DNA of 64,000 bases from Candidatus Poribacteria bacterium (GTDB taxonomy: Bacteria > Poribacteria > WGA-4E > WGA-3G): assembly GCA_963663765.2 (NCBI GenBank), contig CAXXUA010000005.1, positions 1,408,001-1,472,000 of the forward strand. The letters run 5' to 3'. The notes under the pieces are model-generated. The model saw only the letters and a program-made list of their open reading frames with translations. It was not told the origin of the DNA and searched no databases. Below are positions 43,821 to 54,043 of this stretch, one piece after another (position 1 is the first letter of the stretch; every line of letters begins with the position of its first letter). The translations under genes and the position numbers were made by a program.

Positions 43821-44780
43821 TTACTTGCTTCCAAGAAGATGAATCAAAATTGCTTTCATGCTATGCAGACGGTTCTCCGACTGCTCAAATATAATTGACC
43901 GCGGATCATCAAGCAACTCATCCGAAATCTCATAACCGCGATGTGCTGGCAAACAATGCATGATGCGACAATCAAGACCATCAAGCAGTGACAGGTTCAA
44001 CTGATACGGTAACATCATGTTGATACGACGTTCCCGCTCCTCAGCGAAGTTCGGATCTGCAAAAAATTCCATATCTATCCAAGTATCTGTATAGACAACA
44101 TCACTTTCCGCAATGACTTCTTGCAGTACCGATACACTATGATCGGCAACTATGGAAACTGCTTTATAACAACCTTTCTGCTCTGCTTCAGACAACAGTT
44201 CTTCATCAACAGCCGCAGGATTAATTTCTGGTGCAATAACAGACACTTCAAGTCCAACCTTCATACCGGCCGCAATTAACGAGTTGCACACATTGTTATG
44301 CACACCGATAAAACAAACCTTCACACCATCCAACATACCGATATGTTCTTGTATCGTCATCAAGTCTCCAAGTGCTTGGGTCGGATGGTATCTATCGCAA
44401 CACCCATTAATTATAGTAACTGAAGATGCTCCGGCTGCATTGCAAATATCAGCATGTTTCAGGAAACGCGCTAAAATACCATCAACGTACGCAGACAGAA
44501 CGCGAATTTCATCGTTGAGATCAGCCAAACCAAAATTCGTTGTTCGCCAGTCTAAATACAGCGGATACCCACCCAGTTGCACAATACCTATTTCACCAGC
44601 ACAACGTGTCCGTGTAGAGGTCTTTTGAAAAAGCAACGCAAGACTTAACCCGCTCGCAGCGTGCCTGTACTTTTCGGGACAATTCTTGATCTTAATACCG
44701 TTTTCTACCGTTTCGAGAATCTCCGTTTCTGACCAATCTTTAAGTGTAACTAAATGCATATCTGCCTCCACAGTGGTCAT
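43821..44780 (-). CDS. argF: Ornithine carbamoyltransferase
   Basis: STRTR, HPTQ, YTDTW, MHCLPAHRG. Confidence 0.92.
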   Translation of the reverse strand: MTTVEADMHLVTLKDWSETEILETVENGIKIKNCPEKYRHAASGLSLALLFQKTSTRTRCAGEIGIVQLGGYPLYLDWRTTNFGLADLNDEIRVLSAYVDGILARFLKHADICNAAGASSVTIINGCCDRYHPTQALGDLMTIQEHIGMLDGVKVCFIGVHNNVCNSLIAAGMKVGLEVSVIAPEINPAAVDEELLSEAEQKGCYKAVSIVADHSVSVLQEVIAESDVVYTDTWIDMEFFADPNFAEERERRINMMLPYQLNLSLLDGLDCRIMHCLPAHRGYEISDELLDDPRSIIFEQSENRLHSMKAILIHLLGSK

Positions 44781-44885
44781 ATATTCTGTTATTGTTTAGA
44801 CTTGGGGTAAAAAAGGAAATGGTAATTATAATCTACAATTCGTGCAATGTCAAATGTTTTTTACATGGTTATTCAGTTTTAAGAA

Positions 44886-45966
44886 CAGGACTTACGCAAA
44901 AACTGTAGGCGTGCTTTGTAAGCGCGCGACCAACTGCACTCCAATTGCAGGCGTGCTTTGTAAGCGCGCCACCCAACTGCACCCCAATTGCAGGCGTGCT
45001 TTGTAAGCGCGCCACCCAACTGCCCCCAACTGCAGGCGTGCTTTGTAAGCGCGCAACCAACTGCCCCCCAATTGCAGGCGTGCTTTGTAAGCGCGCCCCG
45101 CACTCACCCGCACTCCCCTGCAGGCGTGCTTTGTAATCGCGCCCCCAACTGCAGGCGTGCTTTGTAAGCGCGCCCCGCACTCACCCGCACTCCCCTGCGG
45201 CGTGCTTTGTAAGCGCGCCCCCTAACTGCACTCCCCTGCAGGCGTGCTTTGTAAGCGCGCCCCATAGGCGTCAATTTAAGGATTTTCACCTCTTGTGGGA
45301 GGGGTTTTCAACCACGATTTTTTAGTGCATTTCCGCTCAAATCGAGGTTGAAAACCCCTCCCACAAGAAAAATGACAACAATATTTTCTTAAATTGACGC
45401 CTATGGTGCTTTGTAATCGCGCCCCGCACTTAACCGCACTCACCCGCAGGCGTGCTTTGTAATCGCGCCCCTCAACTGCAGGCGTGCTTTGTAAGCGCGC
45501 CCCCTAGCTGCACTCCCCTGCAGGCGTGCTTTGTAATCGCGCCCCCCAACTGCAGGCGTGCTTTGTAAGCGCGCCCCCCAACTGTAGGTGTGCTTTGTAA
45601 GCGCGCCCCCAACTGCAGGTGTGCTTTGTAAGCGCGCCCCCAACTGCAGGCGTGCTTTGTAAGCGCGCCCCTCCCCTGCAGGCGTGCTTTGTAATTGCGC
45701 CCCCCAACTGTAGGTGTGCTTTGTAAGCGCGCCCCTCCCCTGCAGGCGTGCTTTGTAATCGCGCCCCCCAACTGTAGGCGTGCTTTGTAAGCGCGCCCCC
45801 AACTGCAGGCGTGCTTTGTAAGCGCGCCCCCAACTGTAGGTGTGCTTTGTAATCGCTCCCCCAACTGCAGGCGTGCTTTGTAAGCGCGCCCCCAACTGCA
45901 GGCGTGCTTTGTAAGCGCGCCGTTGCCAATACTGTGTTTATCGGCGCACTTATAAAGCACGCCTAC
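44886..45966. repeat. Tandem REP-like satellite (about 25 copies plus one inverted copy), interrupted by an IS231-like MITE at 45263-45405
   Basis: 23-bp hairpin G(C/T)AGGCGTGCTTTGTAAGCGCGC with short repetitive C-rich linkers. Confidence 0.9.
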
Positions 45967-46584
45967 CGAGATGGGGTATTTAGCACTTGACTTTTTCTTA
46001 AGTTGACACCTATGGGGTCTCTGTGTCCCGCCACAACTAATTAAATAAGAGATTGCGGGAACAGGACCCATAGGTGTTGTCATCATAAGGAAATATTGTT
46101 AATATCAACCATACTCTTCAGTCCCTACGGGACTAAATGGTTTTCTTGCTAAGTATTTATTGTGTGTTTCCATTGACGATCTACTACTTAGACAGATGAC
46201 TACTGGGTTCATCAGCATTGGACTTTTATTTTACGCTAAAATTAATTGCCGAAAGAACCACTAAAGAGAACAAAAATTTGTACCTCTGTGCAAAAACTTT
46301 ACACACCCGTTACATGGTTATTCAGTTTTCAATTTATTGTGTAATTCTATCACAGTCGTTAGTCCTTGTGTTAACTTGTTTTTGGGTGTTAACTCATTCT
46401 TTGTCTGAACCAGGATTTTCAGGATTGCCAGATTATCAAGATTATTCTCATCAAATACTATTTCAAAAGAGAGCATAGACACATATCAAAAACCCTTGAA
46501 GAGGTTAATCCTGAAAATCCTGGTTCAGACATCTACAAAAAACAACATATATCAGACTAATAGAGTAAGGAATTATATAATTAT

Positions 46585-46613
46585 TTGACTTTATTGGTAA
46601 GATATGATATAAT
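46585..46613 (+). promoter_or_regulatory. Sigma70 promoter of the cys operon
   Basis: TTGACT-17 bp-TATAAT with extended TG; GGAGG RBS downstream. Confidence 0.7.
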
Positions 46614-46656
46614 TATTGTCACCAAAATAGGTAGGGGTTAATTAGGAGGGAAGTAC

Positions 46657-47094
46657 ATGCATTTGTCAGCTAAACTGAAATATGCAGTGTGTGCAATGTT
46701 AGAACTCGGTTTACAGTATCATAACCAATTCATCTCGGTCACGACGTTAGCAGAAAAACGGTGTATTCCAGGTCCATTTTTAGAGAAATTACTATTACAA
46801 CTCAAACACGCGGGATTAACAACAAGCCGTCGTGGACCTGATGGTGGATATAGTCTCGCACTGCCACCTGAGAAAATCCGCATAGGCGACATCTTTTCCG
46901 CTGTAGAGGGACCAGTCAATTTCACTAAAGGATTTGAAACACAAGAATCTACTGAAATAGGGGAATTCTTTGCTGAGATAGAGAAAGACGTACGCGAGGC
47001 ACTAAATACAAAAACCTTGCAGGAACTCTGTTCCCACGCAAGGAAATGTAAGCAAATGTCGCAACCACCACATCAGCATCCGTTCTTTATATGA
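46657..47094 (+). CDS. cymR: Rrf2-family regulator, CymR-like
   Basis: SRRGPDGGYSLA; lacks the IscR three-Cys cluster; ends ...FFI; overlaps cysK. Confidence 0.75.
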   Translation: MHLSAKLKYAVCAMLELGLQYHNQFISVTTLAEKRCIPGPFLEKLLLQLKHAGLTTSRRGPDGGYSLALPPEKIRIGDIFSAVEGPVNFTKGFETQESTEIGEFFAEIEKDVREALNTKTLQELCSHARKCKQMSQPPHQHPFFI

Positions 47095-48041
47095 AAATCG
47101 CTAAAAACCTGACAAAACTCATCGGAAATACACCGACGGTACGCTTGAACGCGCTTCCAGAGAAACAAGGCGCAACCATCTACGCTAAGTTGGAATCCTA
47201 CAACCCAGGCGGCAGCATAAAAGACCGTATCAGTTTAGGCATGGTCCTTGATGCTGAACAACGGGGTGTCCTCAAACCCGGTGATACTATCGTTGAACCA
47301 ACCGCAGGTAACACAGGAATCGGTCTCTCTATCGTTGGAGTCGCACACGGATACCGTGTCATCTTGACAATGCCAGAATATGTTAGCAGTGAAAAATATG
47401 CACTACTCTCCGCATTCGGAGCAGAAATCATACTGACACCAGAACACGGCGGCATGGCAAGCGCAATATGGGAAGCAGAAGAAATACTACGACGCAATTC
47501 ACGCCATTATATGCCAAACCAATTTACGAATCCTGCTAATCCAAAGATTCATCGTGAAACAACTGCTGTGGAAATCTTAGATACGATTGGAAAAAATATT
47601 GACTATTTAGTCGTCGGTGTAGGAACTGGCGGAACATTAACAGGGGTTGGAGAAGTGCTAAAGGCACATAACCCCAAAACAAAGATTATCGCTGTTGAAC
47701 CTCTTGTCTCTTCTGTCCTTTCTGGTGGCATCCCAGGACCAACGCGAATTGATGGGCTTGGCGCAGGAATGGTTCCAGAGGTATTAAATGTGGACATCAT
47801 CGATGATGTCATCGCAGTTTCTGAAGAAATCTCATATCAGACTATGAAAGACATTTCAATGAAAGAGGGATTGTTAGTCGGAATGTCATCCGGCGCAAAT
47901 GTATATGCCGCTGTACAAGTCGCAAAAGAATTGGCTCCAGACAATACTGTGGTTACAATCCTACCAGATACAGGGGAACGATACTTTAGTTTAAGTCGGT
48001 ATTTCGAACTTGAAACCGATATAATGGATACACTCACATAA
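47091..48041 (+). CDS. cysK: Cysteine synthase A
   Basis: NPGGSIKDR, EPTAGNTG, GVGTGGT, PDTGERY. Confidence 0.95.
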   Translation: MKIAKNLTKLIGNTPTVRLNALPEKQGATIYAKLESYNPGGSIKDRISLGMVLDAEQRGVLKPGDTIVEPTAGNTGIGLSIVGVAHGYRVILTMPEYVSSEKYALLSAFGAEIILTPEHGGMASAIWEAEEILRRNSRHYMPNQFTNPANPKIHRETTAVEILDTIGKNIDYLVVGVGTGGTLTGVGEVLKAHNPKTKIIAVEPLVSSVLSGGIPGPTRIDGLGAGMVPEVLNVDIIDDVIAVSEEISYQTMKDISMKEGLLVGMSSGANVYAAVQVAKELAPDNTVVTILPDTGERYFSLSRYFELETDIMDTLT

Positions 48042-48069
48042 AGAGAGAACAAATAGGAATTATTACCGC

Positions 48070-48828
48070 ATGACCCTTCAAATTCAAAATGCTGCAATGA
48101 TGAAATTGAGACAGCAGCTAAACATGACAGAAAATCCGCAAGAGATACTCTTTTCTCTCTTTAAGCGATTCAAAGATCGAGCAGCAATAGTTACAAGTGG
48201 ACAACTCTCAGGAATGGTGCAAATCCATCTCGCCGCTGAAAATAAACTCCCTTTTCGTGTCTGCACTATTGATACGCTCCGACTCTTTCCAGAAACTTAC
48301 GCTTTTTTTGATCAAGTTGAAAAACGTTACGGTATCCAAATCGAGCGCATCCAACCGGACACTACTGTAGTCAACAAAATGGTCACAGAACACGGTGAAT
48401 TCCTGTTTTTCGACAGCAAAACTAAACAGAAACTATGTTGTGATATCCGAAAGATTAAACCTATGCAGCAGCTTTTAGATTCATTAGATGTTTGGATAAC
48501 TGGATTACGAAGAGACCAATCTAATACCCGACAAAATTTTCAAAAGGTGGAAATCTTATCATCTACAACACGGCCTATTCTAAAGGTTAGTCCATTAATT
48601 CACTGGACTACAGAACAAGTGTGGGAATATGTACGTGAAAACGATATACCCGTGAATCCACTATTTACTCCGGATGCACACGGACAATACTTTGAATCAC
48701 TCGGATGTATCACCTGCACTACAAGAATCCGACCAGGTGAACCAAAGCGAGCAGGAAGATGGCGATGGCAAAACGCTATAGACAACGAAGATAACAATAA
48801 AGAGTGTGGATTACATTACGCTATATAA
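48070..48828 (+). CDS. cysH: APS/PAPS reductase (Fe-S type)
   Basis: CCDIRK, GLRRDQS, SLGCITCT, RAGRW, ECGLH. Confidence 0.93.
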   Translation: MTLQIQNAAMMKLRQQLNMTENPQEILFSLFKRFKDRAAIVTSGQLSGMVQIHLAAENKLPFRVCTIDTLRLFPETYAFFDQVEKRYGIQIERIQPDTTVVNKMVTEHGEFLFFDSKTKQKLCCDIRKIKPMQQLLDSLDVWITGLRRDQSNTRQNFQKVEILSSTTRPILKVSPLIHWTTEQVWEYVRENDIPVNPLFTPDAHGQYFESLGCITCTTRIRPGEPKRAGRWRWQNAIDNEDNNKECGLHYAI

Positions 48829-48873
48829 CAAAAAAACAAGATAGTGGATTTTTCCGCTATAATCTTATATGAA

Positions 48874-48991
48874 CAGGACTTACGCAAAAACGGTAGGCGT
48901 GCTTTGTAAGCGCGCTGGAAACCTATAAAAATACTGATAATTATATCATTTTCATATTCTTGATTTAATCAAGAATAATGCGTAAGTCCTA
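48874..48991. mobile_element. MITE, CAGGACTTACGCA family
   Basis: TIRs; 5-bp TSD ATGAA. Confidence 0.85.
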
Positions 48992-49037
48992 ATGAAAAAA
49001 CACGGTGTCAGAAATCTGACCCAACAATGGAGGAAAC

Positions 49038-49313
49038 ATGGCTGTTATAGTTCGTATCCCAACGCCGCTAAGACGGTTGACACAGAACCTCGCAGAGGTC
49101 GAAACTGAAGGTACTAATATACAAACCATCATTGAAAATTTGGACACAAATTATCCAGGAATGAAAGAACGGATTTGCGATGATGCCGGTAAAATACGCA
49201 GATTCGTAAATATCTACCTCAACGACGAGGATATCCGTTTTCTTGATGGAATAGAAACATCTGTCACAGATGGTGCAGAAATCTCAATAATACCCGCAAT
49301 CGCAGGCGGCTAA
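49038..49313 (+). CDS. MoaD/ThiS/CysO ubiquitin-like sulfur carrier
   Basis: RIPTPLR..FVNIYLNDEDIR..IPAIAGG (C-terminal GG). Confidence 0.92.
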   Translation: MAVIVRIPTPLRRLTQNLAEVETEGTNIQTIIENLDTNYPGMKERICDDAGKIRRFVNIYLNDEDIRFLDGIETSVTDGAEISIIPAIAGG

Positions 49314-49740
49314 ATGCTTATGCCATTGCTAATTGATAATGCCTCTTTTTTGAGCATCAAACTTTATGAAGATTAATTTATTAATTCGGTAATAAATATT
49401 CCTACACGGTAGGCGGGGAATGCCTAAATGGCATTCATACCCGGGAAATGCCTAAATGGCAATCATACCGTTGATTACTTGATTTGGTGCTTTGTAAGCG
49501 CGCTGTTGGAACTTGAAGTGCCGGCGTGCTTACAAAGCACACCTACCAGGGTGGGTTAGATAAAATTACCTAACTGACATTTTTCAGATTAGCAGAGAAT
49601 CCGCTAAATATCACTACAACGAGGGTTTTGAACCATCAAAATGCGAATATTTTGAGAAGTTGACTTGATTTTATACACATGAAATGTCATCCTATATTAT
49701 AAAATTTCACTTTATTTGATTATATTTAGGAGGACAACTC

Positions 49741-50337
49741 ATGAATCATCAGATTATCACATCTTTACAGTTTTTTCAACATCTTCTTATTTCTCGTTTT
49801 CGTCGTATTAGATCACAAATCATTGACACTTTACTTTTGTTATCCGTTTGTCATCTTTTTGGTCTGTATAATCCGAACCAAGTTGCGGATGCGTTGACAT
49901 ATCCAAAAACGGGTTTTTATCGTGATCTTCACTCAATGAGCCAGTATCACTGGAAACGCTTGAATGTGCGGCTCGGGTGTGCTATGGCACTTGATTTGAT
50001 CAAAGATACTGAAGCCAAGAGTGCTTCAACACAATCGCGTCGGTGTATTACCATCAGTGTAGATGACAGTAATGTGGATAGATATGGAAAAACAATAGCT
50101 TACTGTTCAAACTGGTGGTCTAAAAAACACAATAACACCATTTGGGGGCAGAACATATTAGGCATCACGATCAAGATTGGTGATGTGGTAATTCCACTCA
50201 ATACGCGCCTTGTTTCAAAACAAGGGCGTGGTAATACAAAGAAACCGGTTCTTTTTGTTGCCATGATGGAAGAAGTGTTAGATTTCTTTGATGCACAAGA
50301 CCAAGACAAGGAAATTGATAACATGTTGTTTATATAA
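49741..50337 (+). pseudogene. DDE transposase N-terminal fragment (IS4/IS701-like)
   Basis: ISVDDS first Asp; WSKKHNNTIWGQNI; truncated. Confidence 0.7.
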
Positions 50338-50650
50338 TATTTTGGTCGAATACAGCACGATAATAATGTATATTTGTTGTTGACAAATGGGTTGATGTTA
50401 TATTGTTTTCCAGGTGTGTTTAGGTTTTGATAAGGTGAGTTATCAAAATGTAATATAGCATAGATCTAAGGGAAATATAAAATAAATCAACAGAAAAGAA
50501 TTCACAAATGCCAGAACGCGGTGCAATCTCAAGGTATAAGGAAACTGACCGTTCTGAAGTCTAAAAAGTTTACGTCTAACTAATTAGCAGCCAACAATCT
50601 GTAGTGCGAAACCTAACAATCACTACTAATTAGTCGTGTGAATTCCGCTG

Positions 50651-53600
50651 CTACGAACGTTGTTCTGGAAGTGCATACACACCTCGACGCACCTTTGTGA
50701 TTTCACCGATTTTGCTAAGTCGGTCAAGTTCATTATATATCCCTTTTGGGGTGCCTTCAATCGCTGCGATCACTTCAGCCGCTTGTTTCTCACCATCGGC
50801 GAGGAGAGCAAGGATCTGTTCACGGTATGTTACTCGTGGGATATTCCCACCGCGAAGTTGCTGCAGCAAACTGTTAGCTATCCGTGGTGAACAGCCTAAA
50901 ATACGTTCTATCTCTATTCTGCTGGTTTCCGCTGTAATATTTTCACGGTCTTTTTCGTATTGTTGACGTGTCTTAATTGTTTCGGCAAGTTTACCAATAC
51001 TCCCAGCAATCTCAAAATCTTCCCAATCAAAAAGTATCGTTTGGTGTCTATCAGTGATGTCAGGAATTTCAAGGCTACTGATTAACACAACCTTTTTGTT
51101 TGGTAAACGGTTCAACCCAGCAAGTCCAACAATCCGTGTGAGCAATTCTGTAATGTGCTGTATGTATATTCGTTGTATTCGTGGGTCTTTATAGTATTGA
51201 AAAGTTGCCTCTGCTTCGTAGCAGAGGGGTTCTTCATCATTTCCATATAACATTTGTGCATGCAGCCAAAAGACAGTCGGCTCTGTGTAGGGTGTTCCGA
51301 CGATCCAAACGACATCTGCTGCTTCAAAAGCAGCTTCCAAGTTATTCAACTTTTTAAATTCAGTTAGCAAGCAGACATTCTCTTTCTCTGCAACATCCTG
51401 CAATTGCTCTATAGCTCCATAATACGTTATGATAGCGTGCTTGACATTTGGATCCCTATCAATCTCTGCACAGATGCCGATCAGGATCCGTTCTCCCATT
51501 TTTGAGAACCCGTTTACATCCCAAGTCTTGTCGTAGTCTAACATTGTTCTGATTGAATGAATACCCGTGCGGATCTGAAAGACGGTGTTACCTTCAATCC
51601 ACGGTGTCGGGGTAATACGAATAACCTCAATGTCTTCATCAGGGAACGTTCTGTTGAAATCGGTGTTATTTTGAACTGCGGACATTAAAAGGAGTCGTTT
51701 GACTTCAGGATGTATCACGGGAGGTATCCAAAACTCCAGAACGTCAGTATGTAATACAATAGGCGCGTCAGTATCGCGTTTATAATGTGCGAAGAAACGT
51801 TTGAGTTGATGCCAGAGTGTCCACTCTGGATTGGGGTTGACTGACGAAAGTTTCTGAATGTGTTCAACTGTGGTTATGTTCAATATACCGAGTCGGTGCG
51901 CTTGTTCAATTGACAGGGGTATATTTAAGTCTTCGTTAACACGAAAGTTATTCAGTTGGACAACAGGGAGCTGCGCTGTGTTAAGTTTTTCTGCGGTGTT
52001 ATTCTCAAGTGGGATGTAGGCGGTAGCACCCCCTTCAAATTCAACCTTATAACGTGCTAATTCGTCACCGCTCTGCTTATCTATGAATCCCTGTTCAATC
52101 ACTCTCCCTTTATGTATGACCCTGCACATCTGCTCGGTAATTTCTTGTTCATACGGATCAAACGCATGCATCACCGTGCGGATGCGATTAACCAATAGGT
52201 CATCAGGTTCCGGCTTCGTTTCTAATGCGTTGCGTAATGCCTGCGCAAAATTTCCTAATGCCTTACCTTTCCAATCAGTAAACCAAGTCTCTAATTGATG
52301 CTTTGATATACCACAGCACTCAAACACACCTCTTATATTTACTTCATTAATTATACATAATGGTTCTCTGTCATTGATTGGATCAAGAATTTTTTCTAAC
52401 ATTGTCGCGGAGTTCGGGTCCAAAAATATCCGCTCATTTCCAAATAATTGTGTATTTGCTTGTTGTAATGACTTAGGTTGAGAGAGGAAGCCAGTTTTCT
52501 GACAATCTGTATAAACCGGGCATTGAGGACAGAGAATTTTCGTTGCGTTCATACCCTTTTTTGAGAGTGCTAAGAACCGCTCTGGGTCCTCACAAACATT
52601 CCCGTGTTGGAAAGGCGTTTTCATCCGAACATCAGCAGGTATTTCTTTGATCTGATCCCACAGGTAACTTACATTTCTCCAGCGCGTAATTGATGGTAGC
52701 TTGTGCTTTTGATAATGTTGTATCATGGCTTCTATTGCCCAGAAACCTGAGCTGAAAACGACTGGACCGGCATTCAGGATATACTTTTCTAATTCATAGT
52801 TGTTCATTGCTTGGGTTTCACCGGAAAGTGCAATAATACGCGCATCGCTGGTGAAAATACGTTGAATCTGCTGAATGCTTTCATCAAGCATTTCATAATT
52901 CTTTTGTGTTGCGTCTATCTTTTCAAGAACTGGTGCGGGTCGCTTAATTGCCAATGGACTTAATTTGCTTTCCCTTATAGCCAGTATCTTTTCGTTCACA
53001 GGCATCCCTGTTTCGGGTAAAGGTGGCAGAATACCTGTATCGTCCCATACATCCGTAATGAGTGTGTCTTCCGTGGGTATCCCGAGATTGGGCGAAGTTG
53101 CGCGTATCCAGACTGTCCGATCCTGTTCCCATAATAACATATATTCATCACCTTGCTGTGTTCTCCAATAGTGATAATCTCCATTTTGTTTGATATACGT
53201 ATATCCGCGTTTTAAGAACGCCTCTTTTGCGAGATCTAATTTTCGTGAACCGAAAGAGAAAGAAAAGACGTGAACCTTCTGTGTATCAGGGAACGACACC
53301 TTTGGAGCAGATGTATTCGGGTGGTGGAGTTTCTCGCGAAGCACATCAGTTGCTGCAAAGAGTATCTCTTTTGATATGATCGGTGGATTCAAGAGATCAC
53401 CGGTGACAATCTCATATCGTGCGTCCCAGGTGCTATGTCCTGTATCCCCAAGCACTTTGAGGTAGACATTTCGCTGGAAATCGTTTTGCGATATCTGTGT
53501 GTCTGTGTAGACATAAAACCGGTCCGCTTCTGTGTTTGGGTGTAAATAGTCTGGCACTCTACAGGAGAAACGTAATCCGCCCGATTTTGTGATTACCAAT

Positions 53601-54043
53601 AGTGGGTTGACAACTGCCTTGCATAACACTTGAATACACGTTAACACATCATCGGGTACATCACATATCGCTTGGTATGAAAATTCCAAATCGTGCCAGT
53701 GTGCATCTCCGCGTTGCGAAGGAATACCCGTATATACCTGAATACCCCACGATGTGTGCCATAGTCGCATACCCCAGTCTTTCCAATTCTGTCGTGTCAG
53801 GAACCGTTCGCCTCCAAAAGAGTGTGGCAGGTGATCGTGTTGATGTGCTAAGCCTATCGGCATAAGGGAGATATCAGCTTGCTCAAGGTCATAAAGATTG
53901 ACAGGGTATCTACGGGCACAAAACACTGTGAAATGGTCGAAAAGTCCTTTGTAGATCGCTGGGGATACGCGGGTCTTTTTCTGTCGCAGTGGCTTCTCGT
54001 AGCGTTTGTGGCAACGTTGAATGAGGTTTTTTAAGGAGTTCAT
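50651..54043 (-). CDS. Large hypothetical protein: degenerate primase-like N-terminus, Cys cluster, helicase-like C-terminal part, wHTH
   Basis: 1130 aa; DLE..TKSGGLRF; C..CPQCPVYTDC; ADVVWIVGTP; terminal GEITKVRRGVYAL. Confidence 0.6.
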   Translation of the reverse strand: MNSLKNLIQRCHKRYEKPLRQKKTRVSPAIYKGLFDHFTVFCARRYPVNLYDLEQADISLMPIGLAHQHDHLPHSFGGERFLTRQNWKDWGMRLWHTSWGIQVYTGIPSQRGDAHWHDLEFSYQAICDVPDDVLTCIQVLCKAVVNPLLVITKSGGLRFSCRVPDYLHPNTEADRFYVYTDTQISQNDFQRNVYLKVLGDTGHSTWDARYEIVTGDLLNPPIISKEILFAATDVLREKLHHPNTSAPKVSFPDTQKVHVFSFSFGSRKLDLAKEAFLKRGYTYIKQNGDYHYWRTQQGDEYMLLWEQDRTVWIRATSPNLGIPTEDTLITDVWDDTGILPPLPETGMPVNEKILAIRESKLSPLAIKRPAPVLEKIDATQKNYEMLDESIQQIQRIFTSDARIIALSGETQAMNNYELEKYILNAGPVVFSSGFWAIEAMIQHYQKHKLPSITRWRNVSYLWDQIKEIPADVRMKTPFQHGNVCEDPERFLALSKKGMNATKILCPQCPVYTDCQKTGFLSQPKSLQQANTQLFGNERIFLDPNSATMLEKILDPINDREPLCIINEVNIRGVFECCGISKHQLETWFTDWKGKALGNFAQALRNALETKPEPDDLLVNRIRTVMHAFDPYEQEITEQMCRVIHKGRVIEQGFIDKQSGDELARYKVEFEGGATAYIPLENNTAEKLNTAQLPVVQLNNFRVNEDLNIPLSIEQAHRLGILNITTVEHIQKLSSVNPNPEWTLWHQLKRFFAHYKRDTDAPIVLHTDVLEFWIPPVIHPEVKRLLLMSAVQNNTDFNRTFPDEDIEVIRITPTPWIEGNTVFQIRTGIHSIRTMLDYDKTWDVNGFSKMGERILIGICAEIDRDPNVKHAIITYYGAIEQLQDVAEKENVCLLTEFKKLNNLEAAFEAADVVWIVGTPYTEPTVFWLHAQMLYGNDEEPLCYEAEATFQYYKDPRIQRIYIQHITELLTRIVGLAGLNRLPNKKVVLISSLEIPDITDRHQTILFDWEDFEIAGSIGKLAETIKTRQQYEKDRENITAETSRIEIERILGCSPRIANSLLQQLRGGNIPRVTYREQILALLADGEKQAAEVIAAIEGTPKGIYNELDRLSKIGEITKVRRGVYALPEQRS

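Noticed and set aside
44886-45966. CRISPR array
   Set aside because: Linkers are short, variable in length and repetitive rather than unique; no cas genes; the same unit occurs singly inside MITEs.
44869-46086. ORFs with RAYKARLQ / ALTKHAC repeats (also 26911-27306)
   Set aside because: Translations of the DNA satellite, open in several frames; no RBS or coding signal.
50651-54043. Prophage or integrated plasmid
   Set aside because: No integrase, structural genes or att repeats seen around the ORF.
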